A DNA stretch of 64,000 bases from positions 98,610 through 162,609 of the forward strand of contig CAWCAL010000006.1 in assembly GCA_963793475.1 (NCBI GenBank), in the 5' to 3' direction. The notes beneath the pieces are model-generated. The model was not told the origin of the DNA, ran no database searches, and saw only the letters and a list, made by a program, of their open reading frames with translations. The first letter of the stretch is position 1; every line of letters begins with the position of its first letter. Position numbers and translations under genes: made by a program. This document shows positions 1 to 10,200 of this stretch, piece after piece. The DNA comes from an uncultured Acidimicrobiales bacterium (GTDB lineage: Bacteria; Actinomycetota; Acidimicrobiia; Acidimicrobiales; CAWCAL01).

Positions 1-1326
1 GGGCGCCGAGTAGGGCACCTTGTACTCGCCGAGGTCGGCGGTGACCATGCCGTCACCGTCGATCAGCTCGTCGTCCTCGTTGCGCCGATCGATGATCCAG
101 GTCAGCGCCGCGCCGGCCAGCAGGCCCACGAAGATCCCGACGAGGCCGTAGAGCCAACGCTGCGGCTTGACCGGGTAGGTCGGAACGCCGGCGGCGTCCT
201 CGAGCGTGATGTCGGCCCGAGGCGTCGCTGCTGCGGTCCGGGCCGAGCTGAGCTGGCCCTCGAGGCTCTGGAGCTCGGCGGTGGCGCCGGTGACCTCGGC
301 CTGCTGCAGCGCGAGGGCGGCTTCGCCGTTGTCGTTCTGGGCCAGGGCTTCATCGCCCAGGAGGCGCTGGAGCTCGGCGATCGTGGCCTCGGAACCGGCC
401 ACCGACGACACCAGCGTGTTCTTCTGGACCACCAACGACGTGTAGGCCGGATCCGGCGAGGAACCCGTGACCGTCGACTGGCTCCGGCCGTTGGTGACCA
501 CCTGCTGGGTGACGGCGTTCTGCTCGGCCGTGGCCAGCTCGGCCTCGGTCGCCGCCAGCTGGGACTGGGTGCTGACCAGCGCCGTCTGGGCCGCCTGCAG
601 CTGCGTCTCGAGGCTCTGCCGCTGGGTCTCGGTCGTGACCTCGCCGGTGGCGCCCTGGATGCCGAGCTCGTCGCGGATGTCGGCCAGGTCGTTCTCCGCG
701 TTCTCCATCCGCTCGCGGGACTCGACCACTCGCTCCTCCAGCGTGTCGATCGTGCTCTGCGATCCGAATGCGAATCGCTCGGTGTTGGCCTCCATCATCT
801 TCAGCACGGCCAGGTTGGCCATGTCGCGGGCCAGGTAGGGATCATCGGCCATGGCCCGGACCCGCATCACGTAGCTGAGCTCGTGCATGCTGGCCGAGAT
901 GCTGCGGTGCGTCTTCTGGATGGCGGCCTCGAGCGGCTCGGGCTCGTTGTAGTAGCCGTGGGTGATGTAGGCCCGGCCCCGCTTGATCCCGTTGAAGACC
1001 GTGGTGAGGAGGCCCTCCTGCTCCTCGACCTGATCGAGACCCAGCTCGAGCACGATCTCACGGGCGACGGTGCGGGACTCGACCAACGCGGCGTAGGTCA
1101 TACCGAAGCTGATCGACGCCTGGGCCTCGAGCGGCTCGGTGAGCGGCAGCTGTCCGTTCGTGGACTTGAGCGAGTTGTCGGTGACGCGCATGAGCACCGT
1201 CGCCGTCGCCTCGTACTGCCGCGCCACGCCGTACGAAAAGATGAACGCGAGCAATCCGCCGAGCACGGCGATGGCGGGAATCCGCCAGTACCGCTTGCTC
1301 TCTTTCCACATCTCTTGAGGTTCCAT
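1..1326 (-). CDS. Polysaccharide co-polymerase / chain-length determinant (Wzz/Wzc N-terminal type); 3' end runs off the window
   Basis: Not in the ORF track because there is no stop in the window. Manual translation from ATG 1326 (GGAGGG 8 nt upstream) gives MEPQEMWKESKRYWRIPAIAVLGGLLAFIFSYGVARQYEATATVLM, then a long coiled coil, then PTYPVKPQRWLYGLVGIFVGLLAGAALTW. This is the TM1-YEATA...P..P-TM2 layout of polysaccharide co-polymerases. Confidence 0.85.
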   Translation of the reverse strand, partial: MEPQEMWKESKRYWRIPAIAVLGGLLAFIFSYGVARQYEATATVLMRVTDNSLKSTNGQLPLTEPLEAQASISFGMTYAALVESRTVAREIVLELGLDQVEEQEGLLTTVFNGIKRGRAYITHGYYNEPEPLEAAIQKTHRSISASMHELSYVMRVRAMADDPYLARDMANLAVLKMMEANTERFAFGSQSTIDTLEERVVESRERMENAENDLADIRDELGIQGATGEVTTETQRQSLETQLQAAQTALVSTQSQLAATEAELATAEQNAVTQQVVTNGRSQSTVTGSSPDPAYTSLVVQKNTLVSSVAGSEATIAELQRLLGDEALAQNDNGEAALALQQAEVTGATAELQSLEGQLSSARTAAATPRADITLEDAAGVPTYPVKPQRWLYGLVGIFVGLLAGAALTWIIDRRNEDDELIDGDGMVTADLGEYKVPYSAP

Positions 1327-1381
1327 GTGTCATGCCCTCCCTCAGGCATTTCCATCGCGTCGTCACCGGGACGACATCGCG

Positions 1382-2275
1382 TCATCCCCTGCCGCTACCG
1401 GCCAGCGCACCCACGATGATGTCGCGCCCGATGATCAACCCGGCGCGCACCAGGAGAGCTGCCCCCGCTACGTAACGAAGAGGATGCCACGGTGACGTGG
1501 CGTGATGTTTGCACCAGTATAGATACGCTCCGTGGTGGAAGTGCCACACCTGTCGGACGGGCCAGCCCCTTCTTGAGCCGCCCTCGTGGTGGACGACCTG
1601 TGCGGAGGGCGCGCACCACACCCCGAAGTCGTGCCGTTTCGCTCGGTGGCAGTACTCCGCGTCCTCCCAGTGCATGAAGAAGTCCTCGTCGAGGGGACCC
1701 ACGATCTCGACCACCCGGCGGGGCGTCATGAGGCAGGCGCCCGACACCCAGTCGATGGGGAACGGGGTGTCTCCGACCCGATCCCTGCCGGTCATGTACC
1801 GCTTGGCCCACGGGTTGTCGGGGAAGAGGCGGGTCAGGGGCGAGCGGCGCCCGAAGATGGCTGCTGCGGGACGGGGAAACGCCCGCGCCGTGCCCTGATC
1901 GGTGCCATCGGTGTTGAGGAGCTTGGGGGCCACGACCCCGGCGTCGGGGTGGTCGTCGAGGAAGGCCACCATCGTCTCCAGGGCACCGGGCCGCACCACC
2001 GTGTCCGGGTTGAGGAAGAGGATGTTCCGAGCCGTCGTGGCGGCGATCCCGGCGTTGTTGGCCCGGGAGAACCCCGTGTTGGCGCCCATCTCGATCACCG
2101 AGACACGCGGGTCGTCCCGCAGGTGCGGGACGACCCCGTCGCTGGAGTCGTTGTCGATGACGACGATCTCCGCCGCCACGTCGAGATCAGCCTCGTCGAT
2201 CGATGCGAGGGCCTCGTCGATGTCGTCTCGGCAGTTGTAGGCGACGATCAGGATGGCCAGGTCGGGCCGGCTCAG
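1382..2275 (-). CDS. Glycosyltransferase family 2 (WbbL-like rhamnosyltransferase type)
   Basis: Motifs ILIVAYN, VIDNDSSDG, NTGFSRANNAG, LFLNPDT, DWVSGACL, LDEDFFMHWEDAEYCHR. The start is uncertain because there is no ATG/GTG at the domain start. Confidence 0.9.
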   Translation of the reverse strand: MSRPDLAILIVAYNCRDDIDEALASIDEADLDVAAEIVVIDNDSSDGVVPHLRDDPRVSVIEMGANTGFSRANNAGIAATTARNILFLNPDTVVRPGALETMVAFLDDHPDAGVVAPKLLNTDGTDQGTARAFPRPAAAIFGRRSPLTRLFPDNPWAKRYMTGRDRVGDTPFPIDWVSGACLMTPRRVVEIVGPLDEDFFMHWEDAEYCHRAKRHDFGVWCAPSAQVVHHEGGSRRGWPVRQVWHFHHGAYLYWCKHHATSPWHPLRYVAGAALLVRAGLIIGRDIIVGALAGSGRG

Positions 2276-3102
2276 ATCGCGCCTTCGCTTCGCAGGACCG
2301 ACCAGGCGGTGAGGAACAGGATCTTCGTGTCCAACCAGAGGGACTGGTTCTCGACGTAGCGCACGTCGGCGGCGATCTGCTGGCGGACCGTGAGGTTGTT
2401 GCGGCCGGTGCACTGGGCCAGACCGGTGATTCCCGACTTGACGGTGAACTTCGACAGCTCGACCGGGCGGTAGTACTGGACCATCTGTTTCAGCTCGGGG
2501 CGGGGGCCAACCAGGCTGACGTTGCCGAGCACCACGTTGATCAGGTTGGGGAGCTCATCGAGGGTGGTCTTGCGCAGCCACCCGCCCATCCGGGTGTTGC
2601 GGGGATCGATCTGCCCCTTGTAGTAGGCGTGCTCGAGCTGTTCCGCCGTGTACTTGTACTGGTACAGCTCCGGGAACCGCTCCAAGGCGTCGACGTACAT
2701 GGTCCGGAACTTGTAGAACCGGATGAGCTCTCCGTCGAGCCCGACCCGGTACTGCTTGAAGATGGCCGGCCCGGGCGAATCGAGGCGGATGAACAGGGCG
2801 ATCAGAGCCATGACGGGGGCGATGAGGATCAGCGCCGGCACGCCGATGACCAGGTCCATGGTGCGCTTGGCGGCTCGGAAGAAGGGCCCTCGGGACGCGG
2901 CGTCGGCGCTGAGCTCGAGGTTGTCGGCGACCAAGCCGGCGATCGTCCCGTAGCCGCAGGTGTAGTCGTCGCCGGTCTCGGCTTCGGGGCCTGGGGCCAC
3001 CGATCCGTTCCCGCCCACCGGGGCGCTCAGAGCCGCGCCGGACCGGTCCGTGGGCAGCACGCTCGCGTCCACGTCCGATGCCATCCGAGCTTCGAGTGCC
3101 AC
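2272..3102 (-). CDS. Priming sugar transferase (polyprenyl-phosphate hexose-1-phosphate transferase, Bac_transf domain)
   Basis: Motifs [71 protein letters not shown]. Confidence 0.95.
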   Translation of the reverse strand: MALEARMASDVDASVLPTDRSGAALSAPVGGNGSVAPGPEAETGDDYTCGYGTIAGLVADNLELSADAASRGPFFRAAKRTMDLVIGVPALILIAPVMALIALFIRLDSPGPAIFKQYRVGLDGELIRFYKFRTMYVDALERFPELYQYKYTAEQLEHAYYKGQIDPRNTRMGGWLRKTTLDELPNLINVVLGNVSLVGPRPELKQMVQYYRPVELSKFTVKSGITGLAQCTGRNNLTVRQQIAADVRYVENQSLWLDTKILFLTAWSVLRSEGAI

Positions 3103-3159
3103 GTGCTCCCCCGCCGTGCTTGATCATGTGGGTCCTGCGGTCGAACAGGACGGGACTCC

Positions 3160-3183
3160 TCGACACAGCTGTATACGTGTCGA
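3160..3183. promoter_or_regulatory. Palindromic operator candidate in a divergent intergenic region
   Basis: TCGACAC-agctgtatac-GTGTCGA: perfect 7-bp arms with a 10-nt spacer. Confidence 0.4.
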
Positions 3184-3251
3184 ATCCACGATCTGTCAAC
3201 CCGTAGCGGCGACCCCTGGGGCGACCTGGCGACGCCGGTTACGATCCCAGT

Positions 3252-5042
3252 GTGCCGCGCCCAGCCCCAGGATCCACCACGCGGACCCTCGTCGCACGCC
3301 TCCGCCACGCCCGCGTCCTGCTGCTGTTGACCACGCTGGTCGGAGCGCTTCTGGCGCTCCTGGTCACTCAATGGCAGGGCCCGGCGTACGAGGCGACCAG
3401 CCGGCTCCAGGTCTCCTCCGCCCCGGCCATCGACGTCGTGCCGTTCGACACGCCCGATCCGCAGGCCATGGTCGCCGCCGAGTTCGAGTTCCTCCAGTCC
3501 GACGACGTCGCCGAAGCCGCACTCGACCTCTTGCCCGGTACGTCCGCCGATGTCTCGTTCGCGCTCGTTCCCGACTCCACCATTCTGGCGATCACGGCTC
3601 GGGCCGACGATCGCGCCACGGCCCGCATCACGGCGGAGACCTATGCGGCGGCCTTCTCAGACCTCCTGCACGCCCGACGGCTCGTCGAGCTCGATCAGGC
3701 CGAGCAGGCGGTCACCGACCAGCTCGAGGCGACTCGTGCCGTCGCCGCCGAGGCCGACCCCGACGAGCTCCGGGCCCTGGAGGAGACCGAACGCCAGCTC
3801 ACCACGGCCCTCACCGACATCGACCTGGCCCGCGACCTGGGCGAGGCCGGATCCGCCGGCACGGTCGGTGACACCTCGATCGTCGACCGGGGCGGGCTCC
3901 CACCCGTCGCAGCCGTCGCCGTCGGGGCGCTGCTCGGGCTGCTCACCGGGGTGGCCGTGGCGTTGGCCGCCCAGCGGCTGGCACCCACGTTCGTGACCGC
4001 CGAGGACGTGCGGACCGACGACCTGCCCGCTCCCCTGCTCGCCGTCGTTCCCACCGCTGACGACGGAACCGACCTCGAGGGCTCCGATGCCGACCCCTAC
4101 CGCGCGCTGAGATCGGAACTGACCGCGCACGTGCCCCGCGGCGGGTCCGTGCTTTTCATGACCCCCGACGGTGGATCGGCCGCAGCCCAGGTGGTGGCCC
4201 GACTGGCCTCCACCTGCTCCGGCTTCGGTGAAGGTGTGGTCGTCGCCGAGCTCGATCTGAGGGAACCGGCCCTCCACCGCCGCCTCGGCGTCGCGTCCAC
4301 TCCCGGACTGACGACCGTGCTCGACGGTGAGGCCGCGCTCCTCGAGGCGGCGCAGCGAATCGACGTCGAAGGCCAGGTGTGGTTCCTCGCCGGTGGTGCC
4401 AGCCCCGATCGGCCCGCAGAGGTGCTGGCCTCCCCCGAGGCCCATCAGCTCATCACCCAGGTCGCCGACGGCGCGGACCGGGTGCTCCTCCACGGGCCGC
4501 CGATCACGATCGCCACCGACGCGGCCGAGATCCGGTCACTGGTCAGCGCCGCCGTGCTCGTCATCGAGGCGGGCGCATCGCGACGCCAGGCCACACGCGA
4601 TGCCGCCCAACGCATCATCCGGCTCGGGATGCCTCTGGTCGGGCTGGTCCTCGTCGGCGCCACCGGCAAGGAGATCATCCGGCCGGCACTCGATCAACCG
4701 TCGATCGGTACCGCATCGCAGCTCACCGGCCCGGAGCGACGGGTTCCCTCGCCCCATTCGGTCGAGGCCGAGCGACTGATGACGATCGACCTGACCCCCG
4801 TCCACCCGACGCCATCCGAGCCGAGCCCGGCCCCCGCCCACACTGCGATCACCGCCTCCGAGGTGGTCGCTCCCGACGAAGGGAACGATGGCGGCGACGG
4901 TACCGACGACGATTCAGACGGCGCCCGCGACCAGCGCACCCCCGTCCACCACCAGGGTGTGACCGGTGATCCAGGCGGAGAGATCAGAGGCGAGGAAGAG
5001 CGCGGCGCTGGCGATGTCCGAGGGTTCCCCGAGCCGGCGTAG
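3252..5042 (+). CDS. Wzc-like co-polymerase fused to a degenerate BY-kinase (P-loop) domain
   Basis: TM1-YEATSRL, coiled coil, TM2, then ADPYRALRSEL...ELDLREPALH...PGLTTVLDG...PAEVLAS (CpsD/Wzc-like). The Walker A position reads TPDGGSAAAQ. TACGAT lies 6 nt before the GTG. Confidence 0.8.
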   Translation: MPRPAPGSTTRTLVARLRHARVLLLLTTLVGALLALLVTQWQGPAYEATSRLQVSSAPAIDVVPFDTPDPQAMVAAEFEFLQSDDVAEAALDLLPGTSADVSFALVPDSTILAITARADDRATARITAETYAAAFSDLLHARRLVELDQAEQAVTDQLEATRAVAAEADPDELRALEETERQLTTALTDIDLARDLGEAGSAGTVGDTSIVDRGGLPPVAAVAVGALLGLLTGVAVALAAQRLAPTFVTAEDVRTDDLPAPLLAVVPTADDGTDLEGSDADPYRALRSELTAHVPRGGSVLFMTPDGGSAAAQVVARLASTCSGFGEGVVVAELDLREPALHRRLGVASTPGLTTVLDGEAALLEAAQRIDVEGQVWFLAGGASPDRPAEVLASPEAHQLITQVADGADRVLLHGPPITIATDAAEIRSLVSAAVLVIEAGASRRQATRDAAQRIIRLGMPLVGLVLVGATGKEIIRPALDQPSIGTASQLTGPERRVPSPHSVEAERLMTIDLTPVHPTPSEPSPAPAHTAITASEVVAPDEGNDGGDGTDDDSDGARDQRTPVHHQGVTGDPGGEIRGEEERGAGDVRGFPEPA

Positions 5043-5681
5043 CGGCAGGCCCGCGGCGATCTGATCACCCGCCGACTCCCAGAGCGCACGGGCGAGATCG
5101 GTCTTGACCAGACCGGGAGCCAGGCTGTTGACGCGCACCTCCGGGCCCAGCTCCGACGCCAGGGTCTTGGTGAGATGGATCAGTGCGGCCTTGGTGGTGT
5201 TGTAGACGCCGATCGTCGGCTCGATCGACAACCCGCCGATGGACGCCGTGTTGATCACCACCCCGCCGTGGTCGGCCATCCACGCCTGGTGGGCGGCCTG
5301 AGTCCAGATCAGAGGCCCCCGAAGGTTGACCTCGAGGGTCTTGTCGTAGCGGGGAAGATCGATCCCGATGGTCGGCCCCATGTACGGATTCGTCGCGGCG
5401 TTGTTGACCAGGATGTCGCAGGCGCCGAACCGGTCGACCGTCGCCGCGATGCACGCCTCTGCACCGTCCGGGTCGGCTGCGTGGGCGGCGAAGGCGGCGA
5501 TGTCGCCACCGATCTCCGCCGCCGCGGCATCCAACGCGTCCTGCTTGCGCGAGCTGATCATCACCTGTGCGCCGGAACCCACGAACGCCGCGGCGATCGC
5601 CTTGCCGATGCCGCGGGAGCCGCCGACGATCAGCGCCGTTCTGCCGTCCAGGACTCCGTGTCCGTTCATCTCGAGTTGCAT
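4914..5681 (-). CDS. Short-chain dehydrogenase/reductase
   Basis: GGSRGIG, LVNNAATNP, catalytic YNTTK, VRVNSLAPG, ITGHTLVVDGG. TACGGT lies 6 nt before the ATG. Confidence 0.95.
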   Translation of the reverse strand: MQLEMNGHGVLDGRTALIVGGSRGIGKAIAAAFVGSGAQVMISSRKQDALDAAAAEIGGDIAAFAAHAADPDGAEACIAATVDRFGACDILVNNAATNPYMGPTIGIDLPRYDKTLEVNLRGPLIWTQAAHQAWMADHGGVVINTASIGGLSIEPTIGVYNTTKAALIHLTKTLASELGPEVRVNSLAPGLVKTDLARALWESAGDQIAAGLPLRRLGEPSDIASAALFLASDLSAWITGHTLVVDGGALVAGAV

Positions 5682-5747
5682 GACCGGACCGTACCCGCTC
5701 CGGCGGGTTGCCCCGGGCGGTGCACCGCGACCGTCGGCCCGGCCGAG

Positions 5748-6332
5748 TCAAGCGGGTCGGCCCGCCCAGCTCCCGCGGTGGATGACCTGGTCCAGCGAGC
5801 GGCGCGGGCGCCCGGACGAGCGGCCGGTCGCGTCATCGTCGGCGGGGTGACCCAGAGCGATCGTGCCGAGCGGCTCGAACTCGTCCGGGATGGCGAACGC
5901 ATCCTTCACGGCGCGGGTGTGACCGAACAGGCCGAAGAACAGCGCGCCCAGGCCGGCATCGGTGGCAGCCAGCAACAGCAGCATCACTGCGGCCCCGCCA
6001 TCGACGAACCAGTAGGGCACCGACCACGCCGACGGGTCGCGACCGAGGCCGGACGCGGCCTTGTCCGGTTCGGCGTAGCGCTCGACGTAGGCGGCCGCCG
6101 AGCAGCAGGGCACGATCAGGACCGGCGCCTCCAGCAGCCCCTGCCATCGGAACGTCGATCGTCGCTCGGGGGGCAGGGTCAGATCCCAGTAGCGCGCGAC
6201 AGCCGCCGGTTCGTCGAGGACGAGATACTCGAGCGACGCCGTATTGCCGGCCGACGGGCCGCGGCGGGAGGTCGCGAGCAGGGTTCGCACCACGGCGGGA
6301 TCCACCGGCTCGTCGGTGTAGGACCGCACCAT
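5748..6332 (-). CDS. Nitroreductase family protein
   Basis: RRRRMVRSY, GPSAGN, VDGGAAVMLLLLAATDAGLGALFFG, IALGHP. The true start is probably slightly upstream, since FTDLARRRR is in frame. Confidence 0.9.
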   Translation of the reverse strand: MVRSYTDEPVDPAVVRTLLATSRRGPSAGNTASLEYLVLDEPAAVARYWDLTLPPERRSTFRWQGLLEAPVLIVPCCSAAAYVERYAEPDKAASGLGRDPSAWSVPYWFVDGGAAVMLLLLAATDAGLGALFFGLFGHTRAVKDAFAIPDEFEPLGTIALGHPADDDATGRSSGRPRRSLDQVIHRGSWAGRPA

Positions 6333-6396
6333 CCTGCGCCGGCGGGCCAGGTCGGTGAAGGTCGAGGAGGCCCGGGCCGAGGCGTCGGGCCCGCCG

Positions 6397-7065
6397 TCAG
6401 CCGAGACGGGCGAGATCCTCGGCCATGGCCCATCCGAATGCGATCAGGGAGTCGCCCCGCTCGCCATCGAGCTGATCGAAGAACGCGATGACGTCCGCAT
6501 CGACACGATCCGGCTTGCCGCTCTCGTGATGCAGCACGTGGGGAATCGATCCGTCACCGGTGACCACGAAGGCTCGATCGTCATAGCTGCCGTTCTCGTG
6601 GCCGAACCGTTTTGCCAACCGGCGGCCCCAGGCCCGCTCCTCGCCGGTGGCCTTGTGGTCGGGGCGGGGAACGACGTCGTCGAGGGTGGCGAAGGCGTCG
6701 AAGGCACCCACACCGGCCAGGCGGGCACCGACCAGGACGTCCTCGTCGGGGAAGGCCAGCAGCGCCCGGTACAACTGGTCGGTCATCAGCGAGCGCAGGA
6801 CGGCGTCACGGCGAGCCGTGCTGCGGACCGACGCCAGCCCGATGATGACGCTGGGCGTCCCCCCGATCCGCTCGAGCGTGCAGAAGGAGAATCCTCGGAG
6901 CTTGCCCGACTCGCGCGCCTGGCAGATGAGCACCCAGCTCTGGGCCTGCTTGGAGATGTCCCCGGCCTCGAACGACAACGGACCCTCAGCGCAGAGATCG
7001 GCCATTTCGGCCATCTCCGCGTCGGTGAGTGCGGTGCAGTCCTTGGTGTCGATCTGGATTGCCAT
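6397..7065 (-). CDS. Hypothetical protein, possible GNAT-like fold
   Basis: Clean 222-aa ORF MAIQIDTKDC.... The segment GKLRGFSFCTLERIGGTPSVIIGLASVRSTARR resembles GNAT beta3-beta4 (inference). Confidence 0.75.
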   Translation of the reverse strand: MAIQIDTKDCTALTDAEMAEMADLCAEGPLSFEAGDISKQAQSWVLICQARESGKLRGFSFCTLERIGGTPSVIIGLASVRSTARRDAVLRSLMTDQLYRALLAFPDEDVLVGARLAGVGAFDAFATLDDVVPRPDHKATGEERAWGRRLAKRFGHENGSYDDRAFVVTGDGSIPHVLHHESGKPDRVDADVIAFFDQLDGERGDSLIAFGWAMAEDLARLG

Positions 7066-7207
7066 AACGCTGACCAGCCCCCTTGCGGCGTCGTGGGTGC
7101 TCCCCCAGTCCAGCGAACGATGGGCCATCTGCGCAACTCCGCTGCGATTTGCGGCGGTGCAGCGGCCCGGGTCCGGTGCGCGGCGGCTCGTCCCTCTCGT
7201 CCCTCGG

Positions 7208-10200
7208 CTACGAGATCAACGCCTCTGGCCCGAGCAGGACGCGGAGATCGGCCATGAGTGCGTTGCCGGACGCGACCGTCCAGGCGTCGGGTAGGCGCAG
7301 GACCTTCTGCTCGCCGATGTGGAGGAAGACCGCGGACTCGCCCGGATGGTCGGCCAGGACCGACTTCAACCGGCCGATCGTCGCATCGGTCACATCGTTG
7401 GGCGACATCCGGATCCGCACGGGAGGGGCGCCGTCGGCGATGCCGTCGAAGACCTCGACCTTCTGTCCGATGAGCTTCGGCTGGTCGTCGCGACGGTCGA
7501 CACGACCCTTGAGCACGATGACCGAGTCCTCCTCGAGGAGGTGACCCACGTCGCGCATGGTGCGGGGGAAGACCATGACCTCGATGGAGGACTGGAGGTC
7601 CTCGAGGACGAACACGGCCATCAGGTCGCCCTTCTTGGTGTACTTGCGGTTGAGCGAGGTGACGACCCCGCCGACCGAACAGGGGGCACCGTCGGACAGC
7701 GCACCGTCGTTGATCTGATCGATCGTGTGCTCGGACCGGCGCTTCAGCGCCGCTTCGGCGCCCATCAACGGGTGATCGCTGACGTAGAGCCCCAGCATCT
7801 CCTTCTCGTGACGAAGGCGAGGTGCCTTCTCGTACTCCTGGTCGGGTATGTCGGTGCGCTCGTCGAAGGCCGGTGCGGCGTCGCCGCCGCCTTCGTCGAA
7901 CAGCGACAGCACTCCCATGTCGTGCTCGCGCCGACGGGCCAGGGTGTGATCGAGGATCTGCTCGTAGACGAGCCGGAGTCCCTGACGCGGATGTCCCATC
8001 GAGTCGAATCCGCCCGCATTGATCAGCGATTCGATGGTGCGCTTGTTGAGCACGGCGGTGTCCACCCGCTCGCAGAACTCGTAGAAGTCGGCGAAGGTGC
8101 CGTTCTTCTCGCGCTCCTGGACCAGGAGCTCGACCAGGCCTTCGCCGACGTTGCGAACGGCGGACAGGCCGAACAGGATCCGGCGACGTTCGACCCCGTC
8201 CTCGTCGATGGTGACCTCGCTGCGGAAGTCCGACACCGACGCGTTGACGTCGGGCACGGCGATCTTGATCCCCATGACGCGGCACTCGTTGATGTACACC
8301 GCGGCCTTGTCCAGGTTGGCCTTGACGCTGGTGAGGAGGCTGGCCAGATACTCGGTGGGGAAGTTCGCCTTGAGGTAGGCGGTCTGGTACGCGATGTAGC
8401 CGTAGCCGTAGCTGTGGCTCTTGTTGAACGCGTAGTCGGCGAACGGTTCGATGATGTCGAACCACTTGTGGCCCAGGTCGGTGCCGTAGCCGGTCCGGTC
8501 ACAGCCTTCGACAAAGCTGGCGCGCTCCTTCTCCATGACCTCGCGGATCTTCTTGCCGCAGGCCTTCCGCAGGTTGTCGGCGTCGGCGAGCGAGTACCCG
8601 GCGAACTTCTGCGCGATCCGCATGACCGATTCCTGGTAGATCATCAGCCCGTAGGTGTCGCTGAGGATCTCCTCGGCGTCGTCGTGGAGGTACGACACCG
8701 GTTGCCGGCCGTTCTTCCGGTCGGCGTAGTCGTTGTGCATGTTCTCGGCCATCGGACCCGGCCGGTAGAGCGCCACCAGCGCGGCGACGTCCTCGAACGA
8801 GGTGGGGGCGAGCGAGCGCATCAGCGCTCGCATGGGTCCGCCCTCGAGCTGGAACACCCCGATGCTGTCTCCCCGCTGCAGCAGCTCGTAGGTCGGCTGG
8901 TCGTCGAGCGGGACGCAATCGATGTCGACGACGATCTCGCGGGTGTCGCGGATGAGGTCGAGCGTGTCCGAGATGACGTCGAGGTTCCGCAGCCCGAGGA
9001 AGTCCATCTTGAGGAGGCCCAGCTCCTCGACCCCGTGCATCTCGTACTGGGTGACGACCGGCGCGTCCTCGGGTTCGACGCCGGACTCGGGCTTGCGTTG
9101 GATGGGGAGATACTCGGTGAGCGGTTCCTTGGTGATCACCACGGCTGCGGCGTGGATGCCGTCCTGACGTCGGAGCCCTTCCAGACCTCGGGCCACGGTG
9201 ACGACCTCGGCCACCTCGGGGTCGGACTCGACCATCTCCCGTAGCTCGGTCGCCATGTTGTAGCCGTCGGCGTACTTGTCCTCCTTCTCGAAACAGGCTC
9301 GCAGCGGCGTGTCGTGCCCCATGATCAGGGGTGGCATGGCCTTGGCGATCTTGTCGCCGACCGCGTACGGGTGACCGAGGACCCGTGCCGCGTCGCGCAC
9401 GGCCGCCCGAGCCTTGATGGTCGAGAACGTCACGATCTGGGCCACGTGGTCGCGGCCGTACCGCTCGGCCGCGTACCGGATCATCTCGTCTCGGTAGCGG
9501 GAGTCGAAGTCCATGTCGATGTCGGGCATGGAGATCCGTGACGGATTGAGGAACCGCTCGAAGAGCAGGTCGTACTTGATGGGATCGAGATCGGTGATCT
9601 CGAGGCAGTAGGCGACGGCACAGCCCGCCGCGCTCCCCCGGCCCGGACCCACGCGGAAACCCGAGTCCCTGGCATGCCGAATGAGGTCCCAGGTGATCAG
9701 GAAGTAGGACGAGAACCCCATGTCGCCGATGACCTTGAGCTCGTAGGCCAGTCGCTCGACGGTCGCGTCGTCGAGTGACTCGCCCCATCGCGCCTTCGCT
9801 CCCTCCATGGTGAGGTGCCGGAGGTACTCGTCGTCTCCGTTGAATCCTTCGGGGATGGGGAAGTCGGGGAGCTGGGGGTTGCCGAACTCGATCTCGACGT
9901 TGGCCCGCTCCGCGATCCAGAGCGAGTTGTCGCAGGCGATCTCCAGCCCGTTGAAGAGTCGCCGCATCTCGTGCGCGGTCTTGAGATAGTGCTCGGTCCC
10001 GCTGAACTTGAAGCGGTCGGGGTCGCTCATGAGCGACCCGGTCTGCACACACAGGAGCGCGTCGTGGGACACCGCGTCGTCGCGGTGCGTGTAGTGCGAG
10101 TCGTTGGTGGCCAGCAGCGGTGCGCCGATCCTCTTCGCGATCTCGATCAGCTGCGGATTGGTCCGGGTCTGCTCGGGGATGCCCTGGTCCTGGAGCTCGA

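Noticed and set aside
4914-5042. 129-bp convergent overlap of the Wzc-like gene and the SDR as an antisense system
   Set aside because: The overlapping tail is low-complexity read-through typical of high-GC DNA and may result from an indel hiding an earlier stop.
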